Shown: positions 7,941-17,066, counted from the stretch's first letter. The stretch: DNA of 56,735 nucleotides from Candidatus Dormiibacterota bacterium (GCA_035945895.1 DASYZS010000001.1:1-56735), one strand, 5' to 3'. A program made the numbers and translations. The notes: generated from the letters alone by a model not told the origin.

Positions 7941-9170
7941 GTGGTCATCGCGGGCGCCGGCTTCGGCGGCCTCACCTGCGCGCGCGCCTTGAAGCACGCC
8001 CCCGTCGACTTGCTGGTCGTCGACCGGAACAACTTTCACCTCTTCACGCCGCTGCTCTACCAGGTGGCGTCGGCGCTGCTCGATCCCGGCGAGATCGCTC
8101 GTCCGGTCAGGCATCTCATCCGGCCGCTGCACAATGCCGAATTCCTGCAGGCCTCGATCACCGGAGTGGATTTCGGCGGGCGCACGTTGCTCACCGATCA
8201 CGGGCCTATCCCCTACGACTACCTCGTCCTGGCAACCGGCGCACAGAGCGACTACTTCGGCAACCCGGCGCTGGCCGCGCACAGCATGGGGCTGAAAGAG
8301 CTCGACGAGGGCCTCGCCGTGCGAAACCGCATCCTCACCCAGTTCGAGGCGGCAGAGTGGGAGAAAGACGCCGCCAAACGGAAGCAGCTCCTCACTTTCG
8401 CGATCGTCGGCGGCGGGCCCACCGGCGTCGAGATGGCGGGTGCGCTCTCGGAGCTCATCCGCTTCGTGCTCCGCAAGGACTACCGCGACATCGACACAAA
8501 CGAGGTCTCGGTGGTGCTTATAGAAGCGGCCCCTTATGTGCTTGGAGCCTTCGATCCCATGCTTCGCGACGCGGGACTGCGCTCGCTCGAGCACAAGCAC
8601 GTCAAGGTGAGGCTGAACGCCAAGGTCGAATCGATCACTCCCGCGGCGATCCAGCTCGCGGGCGGAGAAGAGATTCCTTGCGGCCTGGTCGTGTGGACCG
8701 CGGGTGTGCGCGCGTCTGACCTCGGCCGCGCGACTGGTGTCCAGCTGGCGCGGCAGGCGCGCATCAAGGTCGATCCGACGTTGCAGGTGCCCGGTCACCC
8801 GGTGGTGTTCGTGATCGGCGACCTTGCCGGCGCGCAGGACGGCGGTGCGTGGTTGCCGATGCTCATTCCAGTCGCCATGCAGGCCGGCAGGCACGTCGCT
8901 TCATGCATCTCGGACATGGTCGAGAAGGGCGGCGCCCATGCTTTTCGCTACAAGGACCCGGGCATCATGGCGACTATCGGGCGCAACTCCGCCGTCGCGC
9001 AGATCCGCGGCTTTCATTTCTCTGGTTTCGTCGGCTGGTTCATCTGGCTCACAGTGCATCTCATCAACGTCGTGAGCTTTCGCAGCCGCCTGATCGTGTT
9101 GATCAACTGGGCGTGGGAGTACCTCTTCCTCGACCGGCCGGTGCGACTCATCGTGCGAGCACGCGAGTGA
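7941..9170 (+). CDS. ndh: type II NADH:quinone oxidoreductase (NDH-2)
   Basis: Two dinucleotide-binding motifs (VVIAGAGFGG, AIVGGGPTGVE) and a hydrophobic C-terminal membrane anchor. Confidence 0.9.
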   Translation: MVIAGAGFGGLTCARALKHAPVDLLVVDRNNFHLFTPLLYQVASALLDPGEIARPVRHLIRPLHNAEFLQASITGVDFGGRTLLTDHGPIPYDYLVLATGAQSDYFGNPALAAHSMGLKELDEGLAVRNRILTQFEAAEWEKDAAKRKQLLTFAIVGGGPTGVEMAGALSELIRFVLRKDYRDIDTNEVSVVLIEAAPYVLGAFDPMLRDAGLRSLEHKHVKVRLNAKVESITPAAIQLAGGEEIPCGLVVWTAGVRASDLGRATGVQLARQARIKVDPTLQVPGHPVVFVIGDLAGAQDGGAWLPMLIPVAMQAGRHVASCISDMVEKGGAHAFRYKDPGIMATIGRNSAVAQIRGFHFSGFVGWFIWLTVHLINVVSFRSRLIVLINWAWEYLFLDRPVRLIVRARE

Positions 9171-9850
9171 GGAGGCTGTTCGCGGCGGCCGCAGCCGTCA
9201 CCTACCTGGCCGCGTGCAGCAGCTCGCCGTCGATCGATGCCGCAAGAGTGTTGCGGGATGGGGCGGCGGCCATGTCGCAGGCCAAGACCGTCAGCGCCAT
9301 TTTGAAAATCGCCAAGGGGACGATCAGCCTCCAGGGATTCGCCCTGGTCAGCGCGAAGACCGCGGTGCGACTGCCGGCCGACAGCGACACGACCTACACG
9401 GTCAAGCAGCAAGACATCTCGTTCAGCCTGGAGGTCGTGATCACCGGCGGGCACACCTACCTGCACCTTCCGCTGACTCCGCTGCAGGAGGCGTCGGCGA
9501 CGGAGGCTGCGGTGTTCCCCGATATGGCGAAGCTGTTCGATCCGACAACCGGCCTGCCCGCCGTGATTCCCGCAGGCGCGCATCCGCAGTACGTTTCGAC
9601 CGACACCGTCGGAGGGCAGAGCGCGTACCAGATCGCCACCAGCTACACGCCCGACCAGATTCGCGGTCTTCTCGCGCAGCTCAGCTCGAACGGAACGGTC
9701 ACTGCCCACGTCTGGGTCGGGATCTCCGACCACGAGATCCGCAAGGCGCTGCTCGCCGGCGCGTTCGGCGACAACGGCAAACAAGCCACCGTCGAGGTCG
9801 ACATCACCGCCTTCGACACGCCAGTGACGATCACCTCGCCTTCTCCGTAG
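9167..9850 (+). CDS. LppX/LprAFG-family lipoprotein (LprG-like)
   Basis: GTG at 9167 overlaps the ndh stop (GTGA). Signal peptide with lipobox LAAC. The longer track ORF (8849) is an out-of-context extension inside ndh. Confidence 0.7.
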   Translation: MRRLFAAAAAVTYLAACSSSPSIDAARVLRDGAAAMSQAKTVSAILKIAKGTISLQGFALVSAKTAVRLPADSDTTYTVKQQDISFSLEVVITGGHTYLHLPLTPLQEASATEAAVFPDMAKLFDPTTGLPAVIPAGAHPQYVSTDTVGGQSAYQIATSYTPDQIRGLLAQLSSNGTVTAHVWVGISDHEIRKALLAGAFGDNGKQATVEVDITAFDTPVTITSPSP

Positions 9851-11350
9851 TTGAACAAGCAGGCTCTGCTTGCCCTCGCGGGCGCGGGGCTTTTTGTCGC
9901 GGCGCTCGACGCTTACGTCGTCGTCACGCTGCTGCCCGCGATGATGGGCGACGTCGGCCTGACCATCGAGAAGCTCGAGCAGGCAACACCGATCATCACC
10001 GGGTTTCTGGCGGGATACGTCGTCGCCATGCCGCTGCTCGGCGCGTACTCGGACGCACGGGGCCGCGTCCCCGTGTACGCCGCATGCGTCGCGGCCTTCG
10101 GGGTGGGGTCGGTGATCACGGCGACTTCGGGTTTGTGGTCCTTCGCGGGCCTGCCCTGGATGGTCGCAGGGAGGTTCTTGCAGGGTCTCGGCGGCGGCGG
10201 CCTGGTGCCACTCTCGCTGGCGATGGCCGCGGACCTGTACCGCGACCGGGCGCGCACCGTGGCCCTCGGGTCGGTCGCGGCCCTGCAGGAAGCGGGCAGC
10301 GTCTTCGGGCCGCTCTACGGCGCGACTGTCGCCGCGGCCGCGGTCGCGGCCGGCGGATGGCGGTTCGTGTTCTGGCTCAACGTGCCGCTGGCCATCCTGT
10401 GCGGTGCGGGCATCGTGCTCGCCGGGCGTCGCGTGACCCTACCCACGTCCGACCTCGCTTCCTCGGTTGATTGGCTGAGCGCGGTCATGCTAGGCGCCGG
10501 CTGCGGGCTGCTCGTCCTAGCGCTGTATCCGGACGATCCCGAGCACCGCGCGACCAACGCCCTTCTCGTGCCCGCCGCGATTGCGGCGGTCGTCGTCCTG
10601 GCCGCGTACGCCTGGCGCCACGCGCGGCGCCTGGACCCGCTCATCCCGCGCGACCTGCTGCGCAGCGGCACGTTCCTCGGCGCGCTGACCGCCAACTTTT
10701 TCATCGGTGCCGCATTGATCGCGACGCTCGTCGACGTCCCGCTGCTCGGCCGGCTGGTTTTCAACCAGACGCAGCTGGATTCAGGCCTGCTGCTGACTCA
10801 GTTCCTGATCGGGGTGCCGGTCGGTGCGGTTGCCGGCGGTTTGCTCGCCGGTCGCGTGGGAAATCGTTTCACCGCCGCCGCCGGAATTCTGGTCTCCGCG
10901 CTCGCCTTCGTCCAGATGTCGGGCTGGAGCGCCAACGAGCTGACGCTGCAGCTCGGACCGGCAAGGACGGCGGACCTGGCGCTTGCGGCGTGCGGACTTG
11001 GCTTTGGCCTGGTCATCGCGCCCCTGACGGCTGCCGTGCTTGCGCTGACGCGGGGGCAGAGCCACGGTCTGGCGACGAGCCTGGTCGTGCTGGCGCGCAC
11101 GATGGGGATGCTCGTCGGCCTCGCCGCCCTGACCGCGTTCGGCCTCCATCGCTTTCACCAGATCTTCGGCACCCCCGTGTTGACCGATCCCGACCTGCGG
11201 ACTCGCGTCAAGGACCTCGAGAAGCTCGCCGCGGCCGCCTTCCTTCAGGAGTACCGCGAGATCTTTCTGATCGCGGCCACGCTGTGCGCGCTGGCCGCCG
11301 TGGTCATTGCTTTGTCGCTACGACCAGCACGTAGGAGTGGTGGTACCTGA
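9851..11350 (+). CDS. MFS transporter (14-TMS, P55/Rv1410c-like context)
   Basis: TTG start directly abuts the lipoprotein stop. 499 aa, multiple helices, MFS loop SDARGR. Confidence 0.85.
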   Translation: MNKQALLALAGAGLFVAALDAYVVVTLLPAMMGDVGLTIEKLEQATPIITGFLAGYVVAMPLLGAYSDARGRVPVYAACVAAFGVGSVITATSGLWSFAGLPWMVAGRFLQGLGGGGLVPLSLAMAADLYRDRARTVALGSVAALQEAGSVFGPLYGATVAAAAVAAGGWRFVFWLNVPLAILCGAGIVLAGRRVTLPTSDLASSVDWLSAVMLGAGCGLLVLALYPDDPEHRATNALLVPAAIAAVVVLAAYAWRHARRLDPLIPRDLLRSGTFLGALTANFFIGAALIATLVDVPLLGRLVFNQTQLDSGLLLTQFLIGVPVGAVAGGLLAGRVGNRFTAAAGILVSALAFVQMSGWSANELTLQLGPARTADLALAACGLGFGLVIAPLTAAVLALTRGQSHGLATSLVVLARTMGMLVGLAALTAFGLHRFHQIFGTPVLTDPDLRTRVKDLEKLAAAAFLQEYREIFLIAATLCALAAVVIALSLRPARRSGGT

Positions 11351-12152
11351 ACGCGTCGTCGGGATCGCCGAGGCTCGCCATGGCCGCCTCGACTTCGGCC
11401 TCCAGCTCGTTGCGGTAGCGCGGCCCCAGCGCTTTGATCAACGTGTAGGGCCGCGGCCCTGCGCCGGCCATCAGATCCGTCCACTCACGGGCATCGTGGG
11501 CACGGCCGCCAGTGACCATGTCGGTGACTCGGCCCACCTCGAAACCTGCCTCCTCGAGCATCTGCCTGAGCACCGAAGGCTCGCCGAAGTTCGCTCTCGC
11601 CGAGCTGTAGCGCGGACTCTCGAGATAGTGGCGGCGTGCCAGCGGTGTCAGCGCCTGGAAAAACAGCTCCTGGGCGTGCGTGTTGAGGCTTCGACGCTGG
11701 CACGAAACCGCGAGCCTGCCCCCTGGCCGAAGCACACGGTAGGCCTCGTCCAGCGCCGCGGCGGGGTCGCTGACATAGGTCAGGACCTCACCCATCGTGA
11801 CGAGATCGAACGTCGCCGGGCGAAACACCAGGTGCTCGGCGGCCATTCCGATGAACTGCACGTTCTTGGTCTTGCGGGAGCGAGCGATGGCCAGCATGTG
11901 TTCGGACAGGTCAATGCCGAAGACAAGGCCGGGATTGACTCTCGGCGCGACCAGGCCTGCGACCAACCCGGTCCCGGTCCCAACGTCCAGGACCTGCTCA
12001 CCCTTGGCCGGAGCGGCCAGGTCGGCGAGGCGCGTCGCAACGCGTCCGTGCTGCCCGCCTGCCCACCCGTCGTAGAGGGGAGCAATACCGTCAAAAAAGT
12101 CGACCACGTGGTCGACTATCTCCCGAGATGAATCCCGATCCATGATGGCCAC
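11304..12152 (-). CDS. class I SAM-dependent methyltransferase
   Basis: Motif I VLDVGTGTGL, plus LRPGGRLAV. The 3' end overlaps the convergent MFS gene by 47 nt. Confidence 0.85.
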   Translation of the reverse strand: MAIMDRDSSREIVDHVVDFFDGIAPLYDGWAGGQHGRVATRLADLAAPAKGEQVLDVGTGTGLVAGLVAPRVNPGLVFGIDLSEHMLAIARSRKTKNVQFIGMAAEHLVFRPATFDLVTMGEVLTYVSDPAAALDEAYRVLRPGGRLAVSCQRRSLNTHAQELFFQALTPLARRHYLESPRYSSARANFGEPSVLRQMLEEAGFEVGRVTDMVTGGRAHDAREWTDLMAGAGPRPYTLIKALGPRYRNELEAEVEAAMASLGDPDDAFRYHHSYVLVVATKQ

Positions 12153-12252
12153 AGGTCCCGACTAACCTTGGGCGACGAATCCGTGCACGGCTGTTACGAT
12201 GCTAGCTCGCTGAAGGCCCGCACGATCCCACAAAAGCGCATCGGAGGAATTA

Positions 12253-12624
12253 ATGGCTCAAGCTGAGAAATCCGCGGCTCAGGCGACGCAGAACGGAGGG
12301 ACGAACGTCGTCAGCCTCGGCCCTCGCGACGTCCTGCAAGGCCGGCTCGAAGTCCAGGGCGACCTGAAGATCGCCGGGAACGTCGAGGGTGACCTGAAGG
12401 CAAGCGGGGACATCACCGTCGACCAGTCGGCCAATATCCAGGCGGCCGTCGAGGGCGCCAACGTCAGCGTCCGCGGCCAGGTCACGGGCAACGTGACCGC
12501 GAGGAAGAGGCTCACACTCGGTGGCTCGGGACGGCTCAACGGCGACGTCCGGGTGGGCCGCCTCACCGTCGAGGACGGGGCGACCCTGAACGGCAACGTC
12601 ACCATGGCCTCGGACAAGGGCTAG
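12253..12624 (+). CDS. bactofilin (polymer-forming cytoskeletal protein, DUF583)
   Basis: 123 aa. Beta-helix repeat pattern: G.L.V.GD..I.G.V.GD. GGAGG RBS upstream. Confidence 0.9.
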   Translation: MAQAEKSAAQATQNGGTNVVSLGPRDVLQGRLEVQGDLKIAGNVEGDLKASGDITVDQSANIQAAVEGANVSVRGQVTGNVTARKRLTLGGSGRLNGDVRVGRLTVEDGATLNGNVTMASDKG

Positions 12625-13032
12625 CTAAACCACAACCCCAACCTCCGCGTGCTCGGCGCGCCGGACGGCGGGTATGACGACGGTCTCCAGGTACTGGTTC
12701 ACCGCCAGCTCGGCGTTGCGCACCATGCGCCATTCCAGCTGCTCCAGGTACACCTGGTCGCTGTTCAGCGAGCCCAGCCTCTCGCGCCAGAACTCGGGGT
12801 CGAGATTGAGCCCGGGCAGCGGCCCCTTCGTGGGCCTGAGGTTGAGCTCGGGAATCTGAGGCAGACCGGGGTCGGAATCAGTGGTCGGGGCTGGGGCCGC
12901 GCCGACCGCGGGGGTGGCCATCGGGCGATTGGCCGATGCCACCACGTTCCAGGCCACTGCGATCAGCGCACCCACGACGATGATCTCGGCCGCCACCATC
13001 CAGGTCAGGGGAGAACGGAAGAAGTTGCGCAT
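12625..13032 (-). CDS. membrane-anchored hypothetical protein
   Basis: 135 aa. One N-terminal TM helix (LTWMVAAEIIVVGALIAVAW), a Pro/Ala linker, then a soluble C-terminal domain. High GC3. No Shine-Dalgarno visible. Confidence 0.5.
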   Translation of the reverse strand: MRNFFRSPLTWMVAAEIIVVGALIAVAWNVVASANRPMATPAVGAAPAPTTDSDPGLPQIPELNLRPTKGPLPGLNLDPEFWRERLGSLNSDQVYLEQLEWRMVRNAELAVNQYLETVVIPAVRRAEHAEVGVVV

Positions 13033-13076
13033 GCGGCCAGGCTAGGTGCGGAGGACCGCCGTGCCAACCCAGCCTG

Positions 13077-14228
13077 TTAAGGGCTCGGCAGCGAGCGCAG
13101 GGCGGCCAGGCCGCGCTCGATCGTCCCGATCCTCTTCGGAAAGCTGAACCGGACGTGATTCCGGCCGAGCACTGGGTCGTGGTAGAAGCTCGAGGCAGGC
13201 ACCGTGGCCACGGCCACCTCTTCGATCAGCCGCCTGGCAAACACAACGTCGTCGGTCGCGCCGAATCGCGAGATGCCGGCCATCACGTAGTACGCGCCGT
13301 CGGGCGCTGTGGCCTCGAAGCCGCATTCCTGCAAGCCGGAAACCAGGGCGTCGCGCCGCTCCTGGTAGTCGCCGAGCAGCTCTACATAAAAGGACGCGGG
13401 GAACGCGAGCGCCTCACTGACAGCGATCTGCAGGGGATGTGCGGCGCCGACGGTGAGGAAGTCGTGAACCTTGCGGATGCCGGCGGTGAGCGGTGCCGGG
13501 GCGATGAGCCAGCCGACACGCCAGCCGGTCACCGAATAGGTCTTACTCGCGCCGCTGATGGTTATGGTCCGCTCGGCCATGCCCGGCAGCGTCGCCATGC
13601 TGACGTGACGTCCGCGGTAGACGAGGTGCTCGTAGATCTCGTCCGTGATCGCGATCGCGTCGTGTTCGATGCAGAGCTGCGCGATGAACTCGAGCTCGGC
13701 CTTTGAGTAGACCTTCCCGGTGGGGTTGTGGGGCGTGTTGATGACGATCGCGCGCGTCCTGTCGTTGAACGACGCCGTCAGCTGATCGAGGTCGATCGAC
13801 CAGCAATCAGTAGGTCCCATCCTGGTCGCGCTTGCGCGCTCAGGCGGCCGGAGCGCAACGTATCGCGGGACGGCGCCGCTGAGCACGCAGTCGGGTCCGT
13901 AGTTTTCATAGAACGGCTCGAAGACGACGACCTCATCGCCGGGATCGACCGCGGCGAGCATGGCGGCGATCATCGCCTCGGTGGCACCGCACGACACGGT
14001 GATCTCGGTGTCGGCGTCGACGTCGCGTCCCCAGGCCGCCGACTGCTTGCGGGCGATCGCGTGCCGCAGCTGCGGCGCGCCCCACGTCGTCGCGTACTGG
14101 TTGAAACCGGCCCGCAGCGCTCTCGACGCCGCGTCGAGGATCCGTGGGTCCGGGTCGAAGTCAGGGAAGCCCTGGGCGAAGTTGATCGCGCGCTCGGGCC
14201 CATGCAGCGCGAGGTTCAGGCGCGTCAT
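13077..14228 (-). CDS. class I/II PLP-dependent aminotransferase (YbdL/KAT-like)
   Basis: Motifs: INFAQGFPDF, GATEA, VINTPHNPTGKV, SGASKTYSVTGWRVGW. The start is uncertain. 14228 is the first canonical ATG that does not deeply overlap the CBS gene, but conserved sequence (RLSQKAESFTESVIRE) continues up to about 14291. Confidence 0.85.
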   Translation of the reverse strand: MTRLNLALHGPERAINFAQGFPDFDPDPRILDAASRALRAGFNQYATTWGAPQLRHAIARKQSAAWGRDVDADTEITVSCGATEAMIAAMLAAVDPGDEVVVFEPFYENYGPDCVLSGAVPRYVALRPPERASATRMGPTDCWSIDLDQLTASFNDRTRAIVINTPHNPTGKVYSKAELEFIAQLCIEHDAIAITDEIYEHLVYRGRHVSMATLPGMAERTITISGASKTYSVTGWRVGWLIAPAPLTAGIRKVHDFLTVGAAHPLQIAVSEALAFPASFYVELLGDYQERRDALVSGLQECGFEATAPDGAYYVMAGISRFGATDDVVFARRLIEEVAVATVPASSFYHDPVLGRNHVRFSFPKRIGTIERGLAALRSLPSP

Positions 14229-14274
14229 CTCGCGGATGACCGACTCGGTGAAGCTCTCGGCTTTCTGGGAAAGC

Positions 14275-14742
14275 CTAATGACCGGGATCAGCGCGCTCCA
14301 GGTGAAGGTCGGTGCTCGAGCAGGAGAAGCAGCGCGCCGGGCGATCGAGGCTGCGCTCCCACCAGCCGCAGACATCGCACGTCCACCTCGTCTTGGCGAA
14401 GAAGTCGAGCACGTCCGAACGGCTGAGCAGCCCGACCATCTTGCCCCCGCGAACCACGGGCACGCGCCGGATCCGCTCGCCGATGAGCAGCCGCGCCGCC
14501 TCATCGATTCCGGTCTCCTCGGTGACCGAGATGACGCGGGGACTCATGATGTCGCGCGCGACCTTTCCTCGCTTCGAGAACACGTCCGTCTCGGACACGA
14601 TGCCGACCACGTGACCCTCGTTCGCGACCACCGGAGCCCCTGTGATGTGCCTGGAGCTCAGCGTTTTCGCGATCTCCTCGACCGGCGTGTCTTCGCGGAA
14701 CGTGATCACGTTTCGCGTCATCACTTCCTTGACCGGGATCAT
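14275..14742 (-). CDS. CBS-pair protein with a C-terminal CxxC...CxxC zinc-ribbon-like tail
   Basis: Two CBS motifs (VMTRNVITF..., IMSPRVISV...). The tail reads WTCDVCGWWERSLDRPARCFSCSS. ATGA overlap with the dehydratase stop. Confidence 0.85.
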   Translation of the reverse strand: MIPVKEVMTRNVITFREDTPVEEIAKTLSSRHITGAPVVANEGHVVGIVSETDVFSKRGKVARDIMSPRVISVTEETGIDEAARLLIGERIRRVPVVRGGKMVGLLSRSDVLDFFAKTRWTCDVCGWWERSLDRPARCFSCSSTDLHLERADPGH

Positions 14743-15701
14743 GACGTGGCGAGCAGTGTAGCCACGGTCTGGAGGTTGGCGTTCCCACCGCTCAGCAGCA
14801 GACCGGTCCGTCCATGCGGGAGCTTTCCCGCCAGGTATGCGGCCAGCGGCAGACCGCCGGTCGGCTCAAGTGCGAGATGCAGCCGGACCCAAGCAACCCG
14901 CACGGCGTTTGCGATGTCGTCCTCGGTCACGGTCACGATCTGATCGACCAGGCCGTTGGCAAACATCGCTTCGAAATTGCGCTCGCCGATCGCGGTCGTG
15001 CGAACTCCGTCGGCAAGTGTTTGCGGCGACGTTGGCAGCTTCTGGATGCTGTGTGCTTTCCAGCTGCGATAGGCGTCGTCCGCAACCTCCGGCTCGACTC
15101 CGATCACCTGGATCGAGGCGTTGTGGTGCTTGGCCGACATCGCCGAGCCCGCCAGCAGGCCACCGCCGCCGACCGGCGCGGCCACGACCGCGACATCGGG
15201 GTCGTCGTCAAGCAGCTCCCGCACGGCCGTGCCTTGTCCATGGATCACGTCCCAGTCGTCAAACGGATGGACGAGCGTGTAACCGCGCTCGGCCATGACT
15301 TCCCGCAATCGCTGCTCCCGATTGGCGAAAGTGATGCCCTCCTGCATAACCTCGGCGCCGAGCGCGCGCGTGGCCGCGACCTTGGCGGGGTTCGCATCTT
15401 CCGGGATCAGGATCAGCGCGGGGATCCCGACCGAACCGGCCGCCAGCGCCACGGCCTGCGCGTGGTTGCCCGAGCTCACCGCAATCACCCCGGCAGGCTT
15501 CTCGCCGCGCTCGACCAGCGACAGGATCGCGTTGAACGCGCCGCGCGGCTTGAACGAGCCGGTGACCTGGAAGCACTCCGGTTTCAGGCGAAGGTCGGGA
15601 TCGAAGTCCGTCCGCAGGACGGGAGTGCAGCGCACATGGCCGCGGATTCGCTCCGCCGCCCTGGCGACCTCCTTCGCATGCTGGTCGACGTAGGCGCTCA
15701 A
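14739..15701 (-). CDS. PLP-dependent serine/threonine dehydratase or racemase-type enzyme (fold type II, no ACT domain)
   Basis: PLP-lysine motif TGSFKPRGA, plus SSGNHAQAVA and GGGGLLAG. I take the start as TTG 15701-15699, which overlaps the EamA stop (TTGA). The upstream part of the 540-aa track ORF is a shadow of the EamA gene. Confidence 0.85.
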   Translation of the reverse strand: MSAYVDQHAKEVARAAERIRGHVRCTPVLRTDFDPDLRLKPECFQVTGSFKPRGAFNAILSLVERGEKPAGVIAVSSGNHAQAVALAAGSVGIPALILIPEDANPAKVAATRALGAEVMQEGITFANREQRLREVMAERGYTLVHPFDDWDVIHGQGTAVRELLDDDPDVAVVAAPVGGGGLLAGSAMSAKHHNASIQVIGVEPEVADDAYRSWKAHSIQKLPTSPQTLADGVRTTAIGERNFEAMFANGLVDQIVTVTEDDIANAVRVAWVRLHLALEPTGGLPLAAYLAGKLPHGRTGLLLSGGNANLQTVATLLATS

Positions 15702-16618
15702 GCGGCGCGTGTCGCGGTCACTGCGCGCGGCGCGCGACGGAGATTGGTCAGCACGATCCCGCCAAGGATGACCACCATGCCGACAACGGTTGGGACGGTC
15801 AGGTTTTCGTGCAGCAGGACGACACCCCAGAACACCGCTGTGATGGGAACCACCAGCGTGACCGCGGTCGCCCGCACCGCGCCGAGGCTGTTCATCACGT
15901 AATAGAACAGCAGGTAGGCGACCCCGGTGCCGAAGACCCCCAGCGCGACAACCACCGCGAAGGACAAGAGCCGAAAGTGGAAATGCGGCAGCGCCGGCGC
16001 CGCCACGGGAATCGCGAGCAAAGTGGTCGCGAGCGTCTGGCCGAAGCTCTGCTCGTAGACGCTCATGCCGCGCAGCTTGGTGCGCTGGTAGATCGCCGCG
16101 AGCGCGTACGAGAACGCCGCGACGAGGACGGCCAGCACTCCGAGCACGCTGCCGCTCAGGCCATGCGCGGTGATGTCCGGCAGCACAAGAATCGCGACGC
16201 CACCGATGCCGATCAAAACGCCGACGTAGTTGATGCGCGTGGGCCGCTCGGCGGGCACGATCCAGAAGACGAGAATCGCGGTCCACAGCGTCGCCGTCGC
16301 GTTGAGGATGCTGGCGAGTCCGCTGCTGATGTGCTCCTCTCCCCAGGCGATCGCGATCCATGGGAACAGGGCGTTGATGACCGCCATGATCCCGAACGGG
16401 AGGATGCGGCTCCTCCAGCTTGGGCCGAAAAGCGGGCGGTGCGTCGCCTGCATGAACACGGCCAGCGCCAGCGCACCCGAGGCCGACCGGACCAGCACCA
16501 ACCCCGTGGGACCCATGTCCCCCACCCCGAGCTTGATGAACAGGAACGACGCGCCCCAGATCAGCGCCAGCGCAAGGAACGCCGCGTAGGGAAGCAGACC
16601 GCGGCGACTTTCAGACAC
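15698..16618 (-). CDS. EamA/DMT-family transporter
   Basis: 306 aa and 10 predicted helices, with the two-EamA-repeat architecture. Confidence 0.9.
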   Translation of the reverse strand: MSESRRGLLPYAAFLALALIWGASFLFIKLGVGDMGPTGLVLVRSASGALALAVFMQATHRPLFGPSWRSRILPFGIMAVINALFPWIAIAWGEEHISSGLASILNATATLWTAILVFWIVPAERPTRINYVGVLIGIGGVAILVLPDITAHGLSGSVLGVLAVLVAAFSYALAAIYQRTKLRGMSVYEQSFGQTLATTLLAIPVAAPALPHFHFRLLSFAVVVALGVFGTGVAYLLFYYVMNSLGAVRATAVTLVVPITAVFWGVVLLHENLTVPTVVGMVVILGGIVLTNLRRAPRAVTATRAA

Positions 16619-17066
16619 GAGTCACCCATTCGTCGGTCGAGAGGACGAGTGTGACCGGGCCATCGTTCTCGATGGTCACGCGCATGACCGCTCCAAAGCT
16701 GCCGGTCGCGGTTTCTATTCCCCGCTCGCGGAATCTGCCAACGAACTTGTCGTAGAGCTGCTCGGCGCGCTCGGGGTCACCGGCGCCAAGCAGGCTCGGG
16801 CGGCGGCCCCGGCTCATGTCGGCGAACAAGGTGAACTGGGAGACGATGAGGGCCGAGCCGTGGACGTCTACGAGACTGAGGTTCATCTTGCCTGCCTCGT
16901 CGGCGAACACGCGCAGATCGATGATCTTGTCGGCCAGGCGCCGAACGGTGGTCTCGTCGTCGTCACCCGCCGCACCTACGAGCAACACGAAACCCGGGCC
17001 AATGGTTGCGCTACTGCCGTCCCAGCTCACCGCGCCGGAGGAAACCCGCTGCGCTACTACCCGCAT
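16611..17066 (-). CDS. dtd: D-aminoacyl-tRNA deacylase
   Basis: MRVVAQRV start, plus SQFTLFADMSRGRRPS and the SQFTL motif. 151 aa. The track ORF adds a 56-aa Arg/Cys-rich extension that I reject. Confidence 0.9.
   Translation of the reverse strand: MRVVAQRVSSGAVSWDGSSATIGPGFVLLVGAAGDDDETTVRRLADKIIDLRVFADEAGKMNLSLVDVHGSALIVSQFTLFADMSRGRRPSLLGAGDPERAEQLYDKFVGRFRERGIETATGSFGAVMRVTIENDGPVTLVLSTDEWVTRV

Noticed and set aside
7779-8894. 371-aa minus-strand ORF
   Set aside because: It is antisense to ndh (two Rossmann motifs on the + strand) and is Arg/His-rich low complexity.
15702-16361. Upstream 220 codons of the 540-aa ORF that contains the dehydratase
   Set aside because: This part is an out-of-frame shadow of the EamA transporter gene (Arg/Gly/Ala-rich). 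Dehydratase homology starts at the TTG that overlaps the EamA stop.
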